Below the pieces are notes generated by a model that was given only the letters and a program-made list of their open reading frames with translations, was not told the origin of the DNA and searched no databases. The translations under genes and the position numbers were made by a program. Below, in pieces: positions 19,236 to 29,380 of a stretch of 64,000 nucleotides of DNA. The DNA is from an uncultured bacterium. Lineage in GTDB: Bacteria > Babelota > Babeliae > Babelales > Babelaceae. How positions within the stretch are numbered: the first letter of the stretch is position 1; each line of letters begins with the position of its first letter. The stretch covers positions 416,001 through 480,000 of the forward strand of contig OY970332.1 of the NCBI GenBank assembly GCA_963717435.1. Reading direction: 5' to 3'.

Positions 19236-20609
19236 ATGAGGATTACAAATACTTTATCGAAGAATCTTGCGTTAACTTTACTTGTGTTTGCGCCGCAATT
19301 ATTTGCAATGCAAGGCACGCTGGACACATCATTTAATCCAACTGGAACACCTCCCGGCTCAGTCGTCACACCAATTCCCGGCAGTTCAAGTAGCCAAATA
19401 AACTCAATAGCAATACAATCCAATGGGCAAATTGTCGCAGGGGGATCTGCGCGCATAAGTAGCAACCCTGAATTTACACTAGCAAGATATAACACCAATG
19501 GAACTCTGGACACCAGTTTTGGCAGTAACGGCATTGTTATTACCGCAATTGGCATTGGCGGCAGTGAGATATTCTCAATATCGATACAATCTAATGGACA
19601 AATTGTCGCAGGGGGACAGGCAAATATAAGTGGGGCACAAACATTTGCATTGGCTAGATATAACACCAATGGAAGTTTAGATAATAGTTTTGGTACCAAT
19701 GGCGTTGTCACCACTCAGATTAGTGGAAACACAGGTGGCTCAATATCCTCAATAGCGATACAAGCCAATGGGCAGATTGTTGCCGGTGGATATGCAACCA
19801 TAGGCGGCAATCACGAATTTGTACTAGCAAGATACAACACCAATGGAACTCTGGACACCAGTTTTGGCACTAATGGCATTGTCACTACAGAAATTGGCAG
19901 TTCAGATAGCAATATATATTCAGTAGCAATACAATCTAATGGGCAAATTGTTGCTGGCGGAGATGCAAACCCAGGCGGCAACTTTGAATTTGCACTAGCA
20001 AGATATAACACCAATGGCAGCTTGGACACGAGCTTTGGCACTAATGGTATTGTCACTACCAAAATTGGCAGTTCAGATAGCATAATACATTCAATAGCTA
20101 TACAAGCCAATGGTCAAATTGTTGCTGGAGGAGGTGCAACCATAGGCAGCAATGACGAATTTGCATTAGCAAGATTTAACAGCAATGGCAGCTTGGACAC
20201 CAGTTTTGGCAGCAATGGAACTGTTACCACCCCAATAGGCGGATCTAGCATCGACATAGCTTCAATATCCATGCAATCGGATGGCAAAATTGTCGCTGTC
20301 GGATATAATATAGACTTTGGCTCAACGCCTTGTGCATTGGCACGATACAATACAAATGGCAGTTTGGACACCAGTTTTGGTACCGGCGGGATTGTGACAA
20401 CTACTAATGAGCCTTTTGGGAAAATGACTTCGATAGCAATACAATCTAATGGACAAATTGTTGCCGGCGGAGTGGACTCAACAGGAAGCAATTTTGCACT
20501 GGCTAGATACAATGCAAGCACAAGTTTGACACAAAGTTCGCTGACGCTTGCGCTAAAAAACAAGTACTACGCTAATGGTAGTGGAGCAAAACAAGGCCCC
20601 GTATTTTAA
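19236..20609 (+). CDS. Exported delta-60-repeat (DUF5122-type) beta-propeller protein
   Basis: Seven ~56-aa repeats SIAIQSNGQIVAGG...FALARYNTNGSLDTSFGTNGIVTT. Confidence 0.9.
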   Translation: MRITNTLSKNLALTLLVFAPQLFAMQGTLDTSFNPTGTPPGSVVTPIPGSSSSQINSIAIQSNGQIVAGGSARISSNPEFTLARYNTNGTLDTSFGSNGIVITAIGIGGSEIFSISIQSNGQIVAGGQANISGAQTFALARYNTNGSLDNSFGTNGVVTTQISGNTGGSISSIAIQANGQIVAGGYATIGGNHEFVLARYNTNGTLDTSFGTNGIVTTEIGSSDSNIYSVAIQSNGQIVAGGDANPGGNFEFALARYNTNGSLDTSFGTNGIVTTKIGSSDSIIHSIAIQANGQIVAGGGATIGSNDEFALARFNSNGSLDTSFGSNGTVTTPIGGSSIDIASISMQSDGKIVAVGYNIDFGSTPCALARYNTNGSLDTSFGTGGIVTTTNEPFGKMTSIAIQSNGQIVAGGVDSTGSNFALARYNASTSLTQSSLTLALKNKYYANGSGAKQGPVF

Positions 20610-20653
20610 GTTTGAACGAAAAGAAATCGCGTATACTTATTTATAACAAACAG

Positions 20654-20678
20654 CCCTGGGATTTAAATATCCCGGGGT
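20654..20678. terminator. Hairpin between convergent genes
   Basis: CCCTGGGAT-TTAAAT-ATCCCGGGG followed by T-run. Confidence 0.65.
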
Positions 20679-20679
20679 T

Positions 20680-21306
20680 TTATTCGCCAATAATTTTAAG
20701 CAAATCATGGGCGTGGTTGATTATATAATCGGGTTTGTGTTCTTCTAACTTTTCACGGCTATTAAACCCCCAAGTTACCGCTACGCTTGTTATATTATTG
20801 GCTTTCGCAGCTTCAACATCTCGAGCCTCATCGCCAATATAAACAACTTGCGCGGGGTCGAGTTTATGAGTTTTTATGATGTCTGCAATAACTCTGCCTT
20901 TACCAAAAAGACGCGATTGGCCATGAATAAAGTTAAAATAATTTAAATTATTTTTTATTAAAAATTTTTCTACGTTCTCTTTTGAGTTACTCGTAACTAT
21001 CCCGATTTGAAAGTTGTGATCATGCAGATATTTTATGACTCTGTCTATTCCCGGATGGGGCTTAATTTCGCCTATTCGCTCATTTAAATTTTTTCTTATA
21101 GTGCGTACAACAAAAGGCAACTTAAATTGTCCAATGCCCAACTCTTTAAGAATATCTCTGATATGTTTTTTTCTTAATGACTCATGATTTTCAATTTTTT
21201 TAAATTTATAAAAGTCTGCGACGTCGTTAAGACATTCGATAATTACCGGCAATGAGTCGGCCAATGTTCCATCAAAGTCGAAAATAAAAACAGTTTTTTT
21301 AATCAT
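20680..21306 (-). CDS. HAD-family phosphatase (phosphoglycolate-phosphatase-like)
   Basis: FDFDGTLADS, VTSN, YIGDE.RDVEAA and VTWGF. Confidence 0.92.
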   Translation of the reverse strand: MIKKTVFIFDFDGTLADSLPVIIECLNDVADFYKFKKIENHESLRKKHIRDILKELGIGQFKLPFVVRTIRKNLNERIGEIKPHPGIDRVIKYLHDHNFQIGIVTSNSKENVEKFLIKNNLNYFNFIHGQSRLFGKGRVIADIIKTHKLDPAQVVYIGDEARDVEAAKANNITSVAVTWGFNSREKLEEHKPDYIINHAHDLLKIIGE

Positions 21307-21337
21307 AGTTATAAGCTGTTATAAAAATATTATAAAA

Positions 21338-22210
21338 TTATTTTATGGAGTTATATTTTGCCACGCGGTTTACTATATCAGTTTCGCGCCAATATGCAGC
21401 ATACTTGTCACCATAAGAAAAATGCCAGAATTCGTAAAGATAATTTATGAGCCCGGCTTTTGTTGCGGCAATTAAAAATAATAATCTAGTTTTTTGTTGT
21501 TCTTGTGTGAGGCTTGGTGAATCGGAAAAAGTTGGTGCAGCAGGCCCGCTGGTATTAAATCTTCCCATGTCACAAAATTTTTCAGCTTTTTTGCTATAAA
21601 GCGCGATATCGACCGCTGCGCCTGTTGAATGGGTCGGGACATTATTGATGTATGGTGAAACCCATTTACTAGTTTCTTCATAAAGCTGCTCTTCTGTTAA
21701 TTCTGGATTTTTTTTACGCAATTCTTCTAATTTAAAATCAAAAAGTTGTTTTTGAGTAGACAAATCTCGCAATCCCTCAAAAAGTTTTATTTGAAGTTCA
21801 TGAACTTCGTAGCCAAAACTTGGAGCAAGATTATCCAGTTCTTTAACCATGCGACAGAGTGCGTCATAAACGCTTTTGCGAACAAAAGAATATTTTTCAC
21901 CCCTTGGATCTATATCTTCTTTGCAGCTATGCGCTTTGAGTAGCAGATCGTCTTCCATGACCCCTATACGGGCATTATTTACAGATTTTATGTCAACAAG
22001 TGGCTCACCACACTCTATAATTTCTATTTCTTTAATTAAGGGATTTGCTATCGCCGGAGATTTGCCAGAGATAAACTCTTTATATTGCTTATTAATAAGC
22101 TGGTAAGTCTCTTCGCCCATTAGTTTACGATTATCTTGCAGCAAATTTTCCCAATTTTTAGCAGACAAACAAAAGTTAAACATGAGTGTTAGTGTAAGTA
22201 GTTTTTGCAT
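21338..22210 (-). CDS. M15D D-Ala-D-Ala dipeptidase-like peptidase (VanX/DdpX family), exported
   Basis: ECGEPLVDI, FEGLR, HSTGAAVD and EFWHFSYGD. Confidence 0.88.
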   Translation of the reverse strand: MQKLLTLTLMFNFCLSAKNWENLLQDNRKLMGEETYQLINKQYKEFISGKSPAIANPLIKEIEIIECGEPLVDIKSVNNARIGVMEDDLLLKAHSCKEDIDPRGEKYSFVRKSVYDALCRMVKELDNLAPSFGYEVHELQIKLFEGLRDLSTQKQLFDFKLEELRKKNPELTEEQLYEETSKWVSPYINNVPTHSTGAAVDIALYSKKAEKFCDMGRFNTSGPAAPTFSDSPSLTQEQQKTRLLFLIAATKAGLINYLYEFWHFSYGDKYAAYWRETDIVNRVAKYNSIK

Positions 22211-22284
22211 ATTTTGCTCCAGAAAAAATAAGTAAAGAGTATAGGTCTGTTAAGTTTTACATAAATTGCATGGGTAAGCAAACC

Positions 22285-22453
22285 CCGCTCGTCCCGAGTG
22301 CCCGGCGTAGCTTTAGCGTAGCCTGGGTGTATCGAGGGATGGCGGCAAAAAATAATATTATATAATAATTTATCTATTTTATAATCGAAAAAAATGCTCA
22401 TCCCTCGATACGATCACCTTCACTACGTTTCGGTGATCACTCGGGACGAGCGG
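22285..22453. repeat. Modular palindromic element, copy C
   Basis: CCGCTCGTCCCGAGTG[hairpin]TGTATCGAGGGAT-AT-rich spacer-ATCCCTCGATAC[hairpin]CACTCGGGACGAGCGG. Confidence 0.92.
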
Positions 22454-22509
22454 ATCAAAGTAAAACAAGCTTATCACATGCGGGTAATCAATTATTTTTA
22501 ATTATAAAA

Positions 22510-22716
22510 TTAGTCTTTTAAACTACTTGCCCACCAAAGAAGTGCCGCCGCTATTACAGAGCCTACTATAGCCCCGTAAAAATTAAGATTTTGATCTAGT
22601 TGAATAGAGAAAAACATCAAAGGCAAAGTGCCGGAAAAAATTAATAATATATGCGTTAATGCATGAAATACTGCTGCACCAGATAAAAACATAGCTATAT
22701 TTTTTTTTGAAAACAT
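22510..22716 (-). CDS. Small two-TM membrane protein
   Basis: CAGGAG RBS before MFSKK; two hydrophobic helices. Confidence 0.65.
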   Translation of the reverse strand: MFSKKNIAMFLSGAAVFHALTHILLIFSGTLPLMFFSIQLDQNLNFYGAIVGSVIAAALLWWASSLKD

Positions 22717-22852
22717 AAAAATCTCCTGAAAAAATTTTAATTGATTACCCAACAAGCAAGTTAAAAAATTAGTTAGAAACTAATCAAGATTTGGTCAACT
22801 TGAATTTTAATTTCAAGATGATAATGTTATAAAAACAAAAGGGAGAAGGTTC

Positions 22853-23245
22853 ATGATTATCTCTATATTAATTTTATCAATAATAGGCTTTGCCTGTTCA
22901 CTATATCTTTTTATTGTCGAACAAAAAATCAAAGTTGACCCGTTATACAAAGCAGGATGCGATCTATCTGATGGATTCTCTTGTTCAAAAACAATTTTGA
23001 GCCAATACGGAAATCTATTTTTTATCTCAAATTCGATATTGGGCATGCTTTTATATGCAGTTATAGGCTCACTGGCGATTTTAAATCAAGCAAATTTAAT
23101 TTTTTATATATCTATTCCGGCAATATTAGTTGCAATATATCTTGCATATATAAGTTATTTTAAAATTGGGGCCTTTTGTCCAGTATGCACAGCAACTTAT
23201 ATTATAGATTTTATTATTTTAGCAATTAGTTTTTTTAGTTTGTAA
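22853..23245 (+). CDS. Vitamin K epoxide reductase (VKOR) family protein
   Basis: Loop cysteines GCDLSDGFSCSK, S.YG, active-site FCPVC, four TM helices. Confidence 0.88.
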   Translation: MIISILILSIIGFACSLYLFIVEQKIKVDPLYKAGCDLSDGFSCSKTILSQYGNLFFISNSILGMLLYAVIGSLAILNQANLIFYISIPAILVAIYLAYISYFKIGAFCPVCTATYIIDFIILAISFFSL

Positions 23246-23273
23246 TCTTAAAAAAAATATTTTGGGAGAAACT

Positions 23274-23705
23274 ATGTTTAATATCTTTAACTGGCTTTTT
23301 GCAAGTAATATAGCAACAAAAGACCTTGGTTTGTTTGTAATACGCGTAGCAGTTGGCACGCTATTTGTTATATTGCACGGGTTTCCCAAAATAATGGGAG
23401 GCAACCAACAATGGATCTGGCTCGGTGGGCAGATGAAAAATTTTGGAATTACGTTTTGGCCAATGTTCTGGGGCCTGGCCGCAACATGTGCAGAGTTTTT
23501 TGGTGGAATCTGTTTAATATTGGGACTTGGAACAAGAATAGCGGCATTCTTTATGTGCATTGTTATGCTTGTTGCGCTTAGATATCATTTTGCAAATGGG
23601 GACACCAGCAAAGTATACGAGTATCCACTTGCATTATTTTTTATACTTCTGGGATTATTGATATCTGATGGCGGAAGCTACTCTTTAGATTATTTTTTAA
23701 AATAA
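23274..23705 (+). CDS. DoxX-family membrane protein
   Basis: GLFVIRVAVG..HGFPKI, EFFGGICLILGLGTR, EYPL and GGSYSLD. Confidence 0.9.
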   Translation: MFNIFNWLFASNIATKDLGLFVIRVAVGTLFVILHGFPKIMGGNQQWIWLGGQMKNFGITFWPMFWGLAATCAEFFGGICLILGLGTRIAAFFMCIVMLVALRYHFANGDTSKVYEYPLALFFILLGLLISDGGSYSLDYFLK

Positions 23706-23805
23706 ATTTTTGAGAAAAATTTTGTAGCTATAAAGATATATTTTTTTGTAGAGTTTAAAAAACTTAGTTACAACTTAATTAAAAATTACTGGGAGAGAAA
23801 TAGTT

Positions 23806-24528
23806 ATGTTTTCTTTTTTAAAATCGATATTCAGGAAAATTTCTGGCAAAGACAAGGTAGAAGAGATTAAAGCAGAACCAAAAGTAGGACCGACAGCAAA
23901 GCCTATGACGACGGCAAATAAAGTAAAAGAAATTAAACCGGAACAAAAAATAGCGCCAAAAACTGTCGAACCAAAAAAGACAGTAGAAAAAACAGCAATC
24001 AAATCTCAAGAGCCAATTAAAGCAGTCGAGCCAAAGCCTAAAGAAAAGGCTAAAGAAGCAAAAGCTATAAAGCCAAAGCGCGAAACGCCTGCTCCAAAAA
24101 AGCGCGTTTTAAAACCTCAAGTCAAATTACCGGCAGAAGGTAGTTTTTCTGTGAATAAACCAAATATAGAAGTAGTAAAACAGCCGACTAAGCAACCTGC
24201 CCAATCTAGCCAATCTGCTGATTGGAAAACAAAAGCTGATGCTGCTGAAAAAATAAAAAGGGCGTTTCAGGGTTTTTTTTATGACGTTGCCAGCTTGGAA
24301 AGTTTAAACGGGCAACCTGAGCTTAAGAAAACTAATTTTGAGAATTATAAAAAAACTTTTAAAGCAAAACTTGATCAAAATCTGCCAAAACTCGATCTAC
24401 TTGATCAGCAAATTTTACTGCATATAAGTAATAGTTTGCTTGAAAAAGATATTAAAAATATTACTGAGACCCTGGAAAAAGATACTTTGGAAAAAGTTAG
24501 CAAAATCCCAGACAAATATATTAGCTAA
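23806..24528 (+). CDS. Hypothetical protein with Lys/Pro/Glu-rich low-complexity region
   Basis: 240-aa ORF, GGGAG RBS, amphipathic MFSFLKSIFRKI N-terminus. Confidence 0.65.
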   Translation: MFSFLKSIFRKISGKDKVEEIKAEPKVGPTAKPMTTANKVKEIKPEQKIAPKTVEPKKTVEKTAIKSQEPIKAVEPKPKEKAKEAKAIKPKRETPAPKKRVLKPQVKLPAEGSFSVNKPNIEVVKQPTKQPAQSSQSADWKTKADAAEKIKRAFQGFFYDVASLESLNGQPELKKTNFENYKKTFKAKLDQNLPKLDLLDQQILLHISNSLLEKDIKNITETLEKDTLEKVSKIPDKYIS

Positions 24529-24582
24529 AAATTAATTTTTTAGATTCAAATTCTATTGATTTTTTGTCTAGATTCGAGAAAT

Positions 24583-24705
24583 CCGCTCGTCCCGAGTGAT
24601 CACCGAAACGTAGTGAAGGTGATTGTATCGAGGGATCGAGCAGAACCGCCATCCCTCGATAAATTTTTCTTCGCTGCCGCTACGAAAAACACTCGGGACG
24701 AGCGG
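24583..24705. repeat. Modular palindromic element, copy D
   Basis: Same terminal arms as copies C and F with a short spacer. Confidence 0.92.
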
Positions 24706-24729
24706 GTAAAAAAACTCAAGTAAATCTAA

Positions 24730-26919
24730 CTATATTTTAGATTTGGCCAGATCTCGCAGTTCAAGCTGCTGCTCAAGAAAAGTTTTCGGCCATTCAGCAG
24801 AAACATCAGCTATATTATTATTCGAATCTAGAGCAGGAATAAGTCTTGGAAAAATTTCGGCAACCTCTTTAATATCCCCAATCACGGCTTTTCTATTAGC
24901 CTTGAGTATTTTTATGTATTCAGGATGCCTAACACATGTTCCATAAGCTTTCATTAGATTCTCAACATCCTGCCCATCAGCCGTAGATTTTATTTTTTGA
25001 ACTCTTATAACTAAATCTTTAACGGCCCCCATAGCCAATTTTAAATCAGTGATTTTTAGGCCCAAGACTGTGTGCGAGAGATTATTTACATCTATTTTTT
25101 CTTCAACAAGTTCCAAGCCGCCATGATCCAACAAATAATTTAATATTGTTGTGTTTGCTCGCGCATGGGCCTGTGAAATCTCTTTTGCATCATCAGCTTG
25201 CGAAACTAGCCTGTATAAGCCAGCCTCTGCCATATGCAAAATTAGTTTTTCAGTAATTTTGTCTTTGGTTAATTTTGTTGGCCAATCTTTAAATACGTTA
25301 TTTTCAGCAAGTTCATCAAAACAAAAAATACTGATATATAAAGCTATAATTTCAGCTCGAAGTTCTTCAAGACCCGACATGTACCCGCCAATAAACTCGT
25401 TTATATTATCGCTAGTAACCTGAATTTTATCGCCAACAGAGTAAGTTTTCCCGGATATGGTTAACTGGTCGCCATCGATAAATATATGCTCCGCAGGGGC
25501 GCCACTGGCATGACCAATAGTTTCATGTAAAGTTGTTAATATATCTGAAAGATCGTGATCAAGTTTATTTTCCGGGTCATATTTATTTAGCCACTCAAGA
25601 TTATCTTTAATATTAAATAATTTTTTATTTAATTCTGGGTTTATTAACTCGCCCAACCCCTTGCCCATCTGATACATAATCTGCTTTGAGCCATACTGGG
25701 ATCTTATTTCATCATAGTTTGGCAAGCAGTAGGCAGCCGTAAATTTTACTGGCCCAGCGCCGCCTGAACCGAAAAGTTTTGCATTAACAGATGCGTTTGG
25801 AATCGCGCCCGATGCATGTAGATTTTGTCTTTTAAATTCTGCAGGAAATGGCAACTTATCTTCTAATACTGGGAACAAATTATTAAGCTTTTCCATGTCT
25901 ACTGCTTTGATTGTCACGTCTGCCTCGAAAGAACCTCTATATTGCTTTGGATCTTCGTAAACCTCAACAAAACCAAAATTGTAGTCTATTTTACTTTTAG
26001 TTTTTAGCCATTCGATACAAAATTTTTTAAAGTCTTGCTCGTCGCCAGATTCTAAGAATTTAGTCATAAGATCTAAGCTATTTTGGATATTAATATCAAA
26101 AATAGCTGGGTATTTTTTTACATGCTCCAAAGCTTTATTGAGCCAATAATGGGCGACTTCGAGTTCTTGCGAAAATTTATCACCTATTTTATAGTAGCTG
26201 ACTTTTGGTACGCGCGCGCCATTAACAATTTCTATTTCAAAATACCCGTTGATTGCGGTTTTTTGGACCGGATCAAGTTTTTCAAAATCTGCATCAGTAA
26301 ATCCGGGACCATACATATTAGTGGCACTTTTTTCGATACTGCCCTCAACTGTCAAAGTTGGTTCAACAGAAGCATTAAATATAGAGTCTCTTAATTTTGA
26401 GATAGTATTTTTTGCATCAGTTTCACCCAGAGCTTCTAGCGCCAAAATTAAATTATTTTGTGTTAATACAAATAAATTAAGATTTTCTGGCGTGCGCTTA
26501 TTATTTTCAAACTCTTTTAAAAAATATTGGCCATGATTTGCAAGCAAATATACCAAATATATTTCTGATTGTTTTATGAATTGTTCAGCGTCAAATAATT
26601 TAGAGCAGTTATCAATTATAGTTTTTTTGTTTTTTATTATTTTTTCGAAAATATCTATTATTTGAGTTGCATCCCTGTGGGTTTGACCGGCTAAAATATT
26701 ATTTCCAGGGATACTTGCTCGATACATGTAATAAGCAAAAATGCGCTCTTCTGGCTTTAAATCGTTCCATAATTTTGGAAGTTGGTCGTTATATTGGGTG
26801 GCGATTTCAAAATACTGTTCAATATTATTTGGAGCTATTTCTAATTTTTTCATTTGTATCTTACTCGATTGACAGGTCCCTAAACCTAATAACAAAAACA
26901 AACTTGACAACTGCTTCAT
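24730..26919 (-). CDS. Dipeptidyl-peptidase III (peptidase M49), exported or lipoprotein
   Basis: HETIGH (HExxGH), LEELRAE, GFVEVYEDP, CLPNY and QAHARA. Confidence 0.9.
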   Translation of the reverse strand: MKQLSSLFLLLGLGTCQSSKIQMKKLEIAPNNIEQYFEIATQYNDQLPKLWNDLKPEERIFAYYMYRASIPGNNILAGQTHRDATQIIDIFEKIIKNKKTIIDNCSKLFDAEQFIKQSEIYLVYLLANHGQYFLKEFENNKRTPENLNLFVLTQNNLILALEALGETDAKNTISKLRDSIFNASVEPTLTVEGSIEKSATNMYGPGFTDADFEKLDPVQKTAINGYFEIEIVNGARVPKVSYYKIGDKFSQELEVAHYWLNKALEHVKKYPAIFDINIQNSLDLMTKFLESGDEQDFKKFCIEWLKTKSKIDYNFGFVEVYEDPKQYRGSFEADVTIKAVDMEKLNNLFPVLEDKLPFPAEFKRQNLHASGAIPNASVNAKLFGSGGAGPVKFTAAYCLPNYDEIRSQYGSKQIMYQMGKGLGELINPELNKKLFNIKDNLEWLNKYDPENKLDHDLSDILTTLHETIGHASGAPAEHIFIDGDQLTISGKTYSVGDKIQVTSDNINEFIGGYMSGLEELRAEIIALYISIFCFDELAENNVFKDWPTKLTKDKITEKLILHMAEAGLYRLVSQADDAKEISQAHARANTTILNYLLDHGGLELVEEKIDVNNLSHTVLGLKITDLKLAMGAVKDLVIRVQKIKSTADGQDVENLMKAYGTCVRHPEYIKILKANRKAVIGDIKEVAEIFPRLIPALDSNNNIADVSAEWPKTFLEQQLELRDLAKSKI

Positions 26920-26940
26920 AAAACTTTCTTAAATTATACT

Positions 26941-27522
26941 CTATTTTTTTTGATAATACCCAATAAGCCGCGTTTGAGAAATTACATGATTTTCTATGGC
27001 GCTTAATAACTTTTCTTTGTCAACATCACCAGCTAAATCCAGTTTAATATCAAGTGCATAAAGTGTAAAAACATATTCATGCTTCCCAGTTGGTGGGCAT
27101 GGGCCACCCCATTCTTTTTTGCCAAAATCTGTCAGCCCTAAAGAAAAATCCCCTGATTTTATATTTTCAGGCAAGCTCTTTATATTAGAGCCTATATTAT
27201 AAACAACCCAATGCACCCACACTTTACCTGCTACTTTTTGGGCATCCGGGTCGTCGACTATAAGCGCAAAAGATTTTGTGTTTGCCGGGGCATCTTTCCA
27301 ACTTAAGTCTGGGGATATATCTGCGCCCTGACAAGTATATTTTGCCGGTATTTCTTGCCCATTCTGAAACGCTGAACTTGATAACGTAAATTTTCTCATA
27401 AGTTTACTCTCCAGATAAGTAACTGACAAAAAAGTTAACCCGAAAAATAATAATACTTTTTTCACACCAACTCTCCCTATATATTTTCTAAAACAAAATG
27501 GCCCAGAAAAATTCTGAGCCAT
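26941..27522 (-). CDS. YbhB/YbcL PEBP-family protein
   Basis: LIVDDPDA, WVHWV, GPCPP and HEYVFTLYALD; real start probably the internal GTG (VKKVLL). Confidence 0.92.
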   Translation of the reverse strand: MAQNFSGPFCFRKYIGRVGVKKVLLFFGLTFLSVTYLESKLMRKFTLSSSAFQNGQEIPAKYTCQGADISPDLSWKDAPANTKSFALIVDDPDAQKVAGKVWVHWVVYNIGSNIKSLPENIKSGDFSLGLTDFGKKEWGGPCPPTGKHEYVFTLYALDIKLDLAGDVDKEKLLSAIENHVISQTRLIGYYQKK

Positions 27523-27540
27523 TTTTATAATAGCAAAAAA

Positions 27541-27747
27541 CTATTTTTTCTTTCTTAGCATTGGAAGTCCGGTACGCTTGTTTTCCATAACTTCGTAACC
27601 AGCTGGCAATGCATCAAGAGAATTAGGTTTATCAACTTCCCCTGCAAAATAATAGATCTTTTGCAAACGATCGCCTGCAAGTTTTACTTGCTTTGTGTGC
27701 AAGTAGTACATTTTGCCGCTTTTTTTGGATTTAACACTATATGCCAT
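27541..27747 (-). CDS. Small basic conserved hypothetical protein
   Basis: AAGGAG RBS; YYLH..IYYFA..LPAGYEVMENKRTGLPMLRKK. Confidence 0.75.
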   Translation of the reverse strand: MAYSVKSKKSGKMYYLHTKQVKLAGDRLQKIYYFAGEVDKPNSLDALPAGYEVMENKRTGLPMLRKKK

Positions 27748-27893
27748 GGTATTTAACTCCTTGTTACCATTATTTTACATATTTTTGTTCTATAATTTGT
27801 AGATACTTAAGACAAAGTAATAGAACAATAAAAAAAAATCCAGAGATAATTGTAATTTTATTCTTGGGACCGAAACAGAATTTAGGTTCTTGG

Positions 27894-28006
27894 CCGCTCG
27901 CCCCGAGTGAAATTCCGTAGGAATTTAGTATCGAGGGGTCGGCAAAAAAACAAATCTTACATCCCTCGATACATTTTTTCTACGAAAAAACACTCGGGAT
28001 GAGCGG
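27894..28006. repeat. Modular palindromic element, copy E
   Basis: CCGCTCGCCCCGAGTG..GTATCGAGGG / CCCTCGATACA..CACTCGGGATGAGCGG. Confidence 0.9.
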
Positions 28007-28150
28007 GTGCAAATTATTCTGTTTGTGAAATTTGTCAAAATTTAAAAACTCAACAGAGCCTAGTTAAAACTCAAAAAATTGTTATAATAATTTTCAGATT
28101 TAAACTATAAATTACAAGTAAAATAAAAAAACAATAATCAGGAACAAATC

Positions 28151-29356
28151 ATGCAATCAAGACCCAAAATTTTATTATATGCGCTTATAACTATTTCAGT
28201 AGCGTGGTTCAGCTGGAACTCCTATAAATATTTTTTCTATAAATCTGCACCAGATTTAACAGTTTCTGGAATAGAAGATAACGGCTACTATTCAGGTGAT
28301 GTGCAGTGTATTGTAACAGGACATGACGCATATAAAGTTGCAAATATTTCTGCCTGGCTAGATGGCAAAAATTTGGTAAACAAGCATAAAATTAGCAGAA
28401 AATATTTTGATTACACAGTGCCGATTTCAACAAAAACTATAACCAACGGCAAGCATATTTTAAAAATAGATATCGAAAATGGAATCTACAATCGAAAATC
28501 AACAAGCAAAGAGATCGTCTTCTATGTGGACAATCTCCCATTGCAGGCGGCATTTGTAAAATCTGAATCTGATTACAAAGTTTTCCAGGGCCGCACGCTG
28601 CACATTCAGTTCCAAACAAATAAAGAGATTAAATCAGCTCAAGTTAATGCTCTTTCAAAAACATACGACTGCTTCCCAGAATCACAGGGCGCATTAATAT
28701 ACGAGTGTTTTATTCCGATATCTTGCGAAGAGTCGCCTAACGAATATCTGGCATCTATCGATATTCAAGACAAAGTTGGAAATAGCTTAAATTTAAATCT
28801 AAAATTTCATGTCGTTGCGTTCCCATTTAAAAAACAAATTGTAAAAATTACCCCTGAAAAATTGAGGCTTGAACAAGAAGCGGGACAAAGTGAAAAAGCT
28901 CTTGATGATGCCATTGAAGAAGTTACAAAAAATTCTCCAAAGAAAAAATTATGGCAGGGAATGTTTTACGCCCCAACAGATATTAAAGCAGTAACTACAG
29001 ACTTTGGCACAGTAAGAACAACTCAGCACAGAGGCCTATATGCGCATAAAGCTGTTGATGTGACAAATACCCCAAGATCTGTTGTTTGGTCAACCCAAGA
29101 TGGCATCGTTGTCTTAAAAGACAGATTTGCGCATAGCGGCAACACAGTTGCGGTCGATCATGGCTACGGAATAATTTCTCTTTTCTTTCACTTGGATAAT
29201 TTTGCTAACATTAATGTTGGTGACAAAATCAAACGCGGCAACCCTGTCGGCACACTTGGCATGACGGGTCATGCTACTGGTTATCACTTGCATTGGGAAA
29301 TGCGCGTAAATAATATAGCGGTTGACCCTCTACAATGGATCAAGCCTGGGTTTTAA
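28151..29356 (+). CDS. M23 family metallopeptidase with N-terminal anchor and Ig-like domains
   Basis: HKAVD, GNTVAVDHG and TGHATGYHLHWE. Confidence 0.92.
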   Translation: MQSRPKILLYALITISVAWFSWNSYKYFFYKSAPDLTVSGIEDNGYYSGDVQCIVTGHDAYKVANISAWLDGKNLVNKHKISRKYFDYTVPISTKTITNGKHILKIDIENGIYNRKSTSKEIVFYVDNLPLQAAFVKSESDYKVFQGRTLHIQFQTNKEIKSAQVNALSKTYDCFPESQGALIYECFIPISCEESPNEYLASIDIQDKVGNSLNLNLKFHVVAFPFKKQIVKITPEKLRLEQEAGQSEKALDDAIEEVTKNSPKKKLWQGMFYAPTDIKAVTTDFGTVRTTQHRGLYAHKAVDVTNTPRSVVWSTQDGIVVLKDRFAHSGNTVAVDHGYGIISLFFHLDNFANINVGDKIKRGNPVGTLGMTGHATGYHLHWEMRVNNIAVDPLQWIKPGF

Positions 29357-29380
29357 TTTAAAAAAAGAGAAAGATAATTT

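Noticed and set aside
19199-20563. Three long minus-strand ORFs and the ~170-bp periodic repeats as a possible array
   Set aside because: They are antisense shadows of the delta-60 repeat gene; the repeats are degenerate protein-coding units without unique spacers, so not CRISPR
22189-22401. 70-aa ORF across element C
   Set aside because: A by-product of the palindromic repeat; no RBS or independent support
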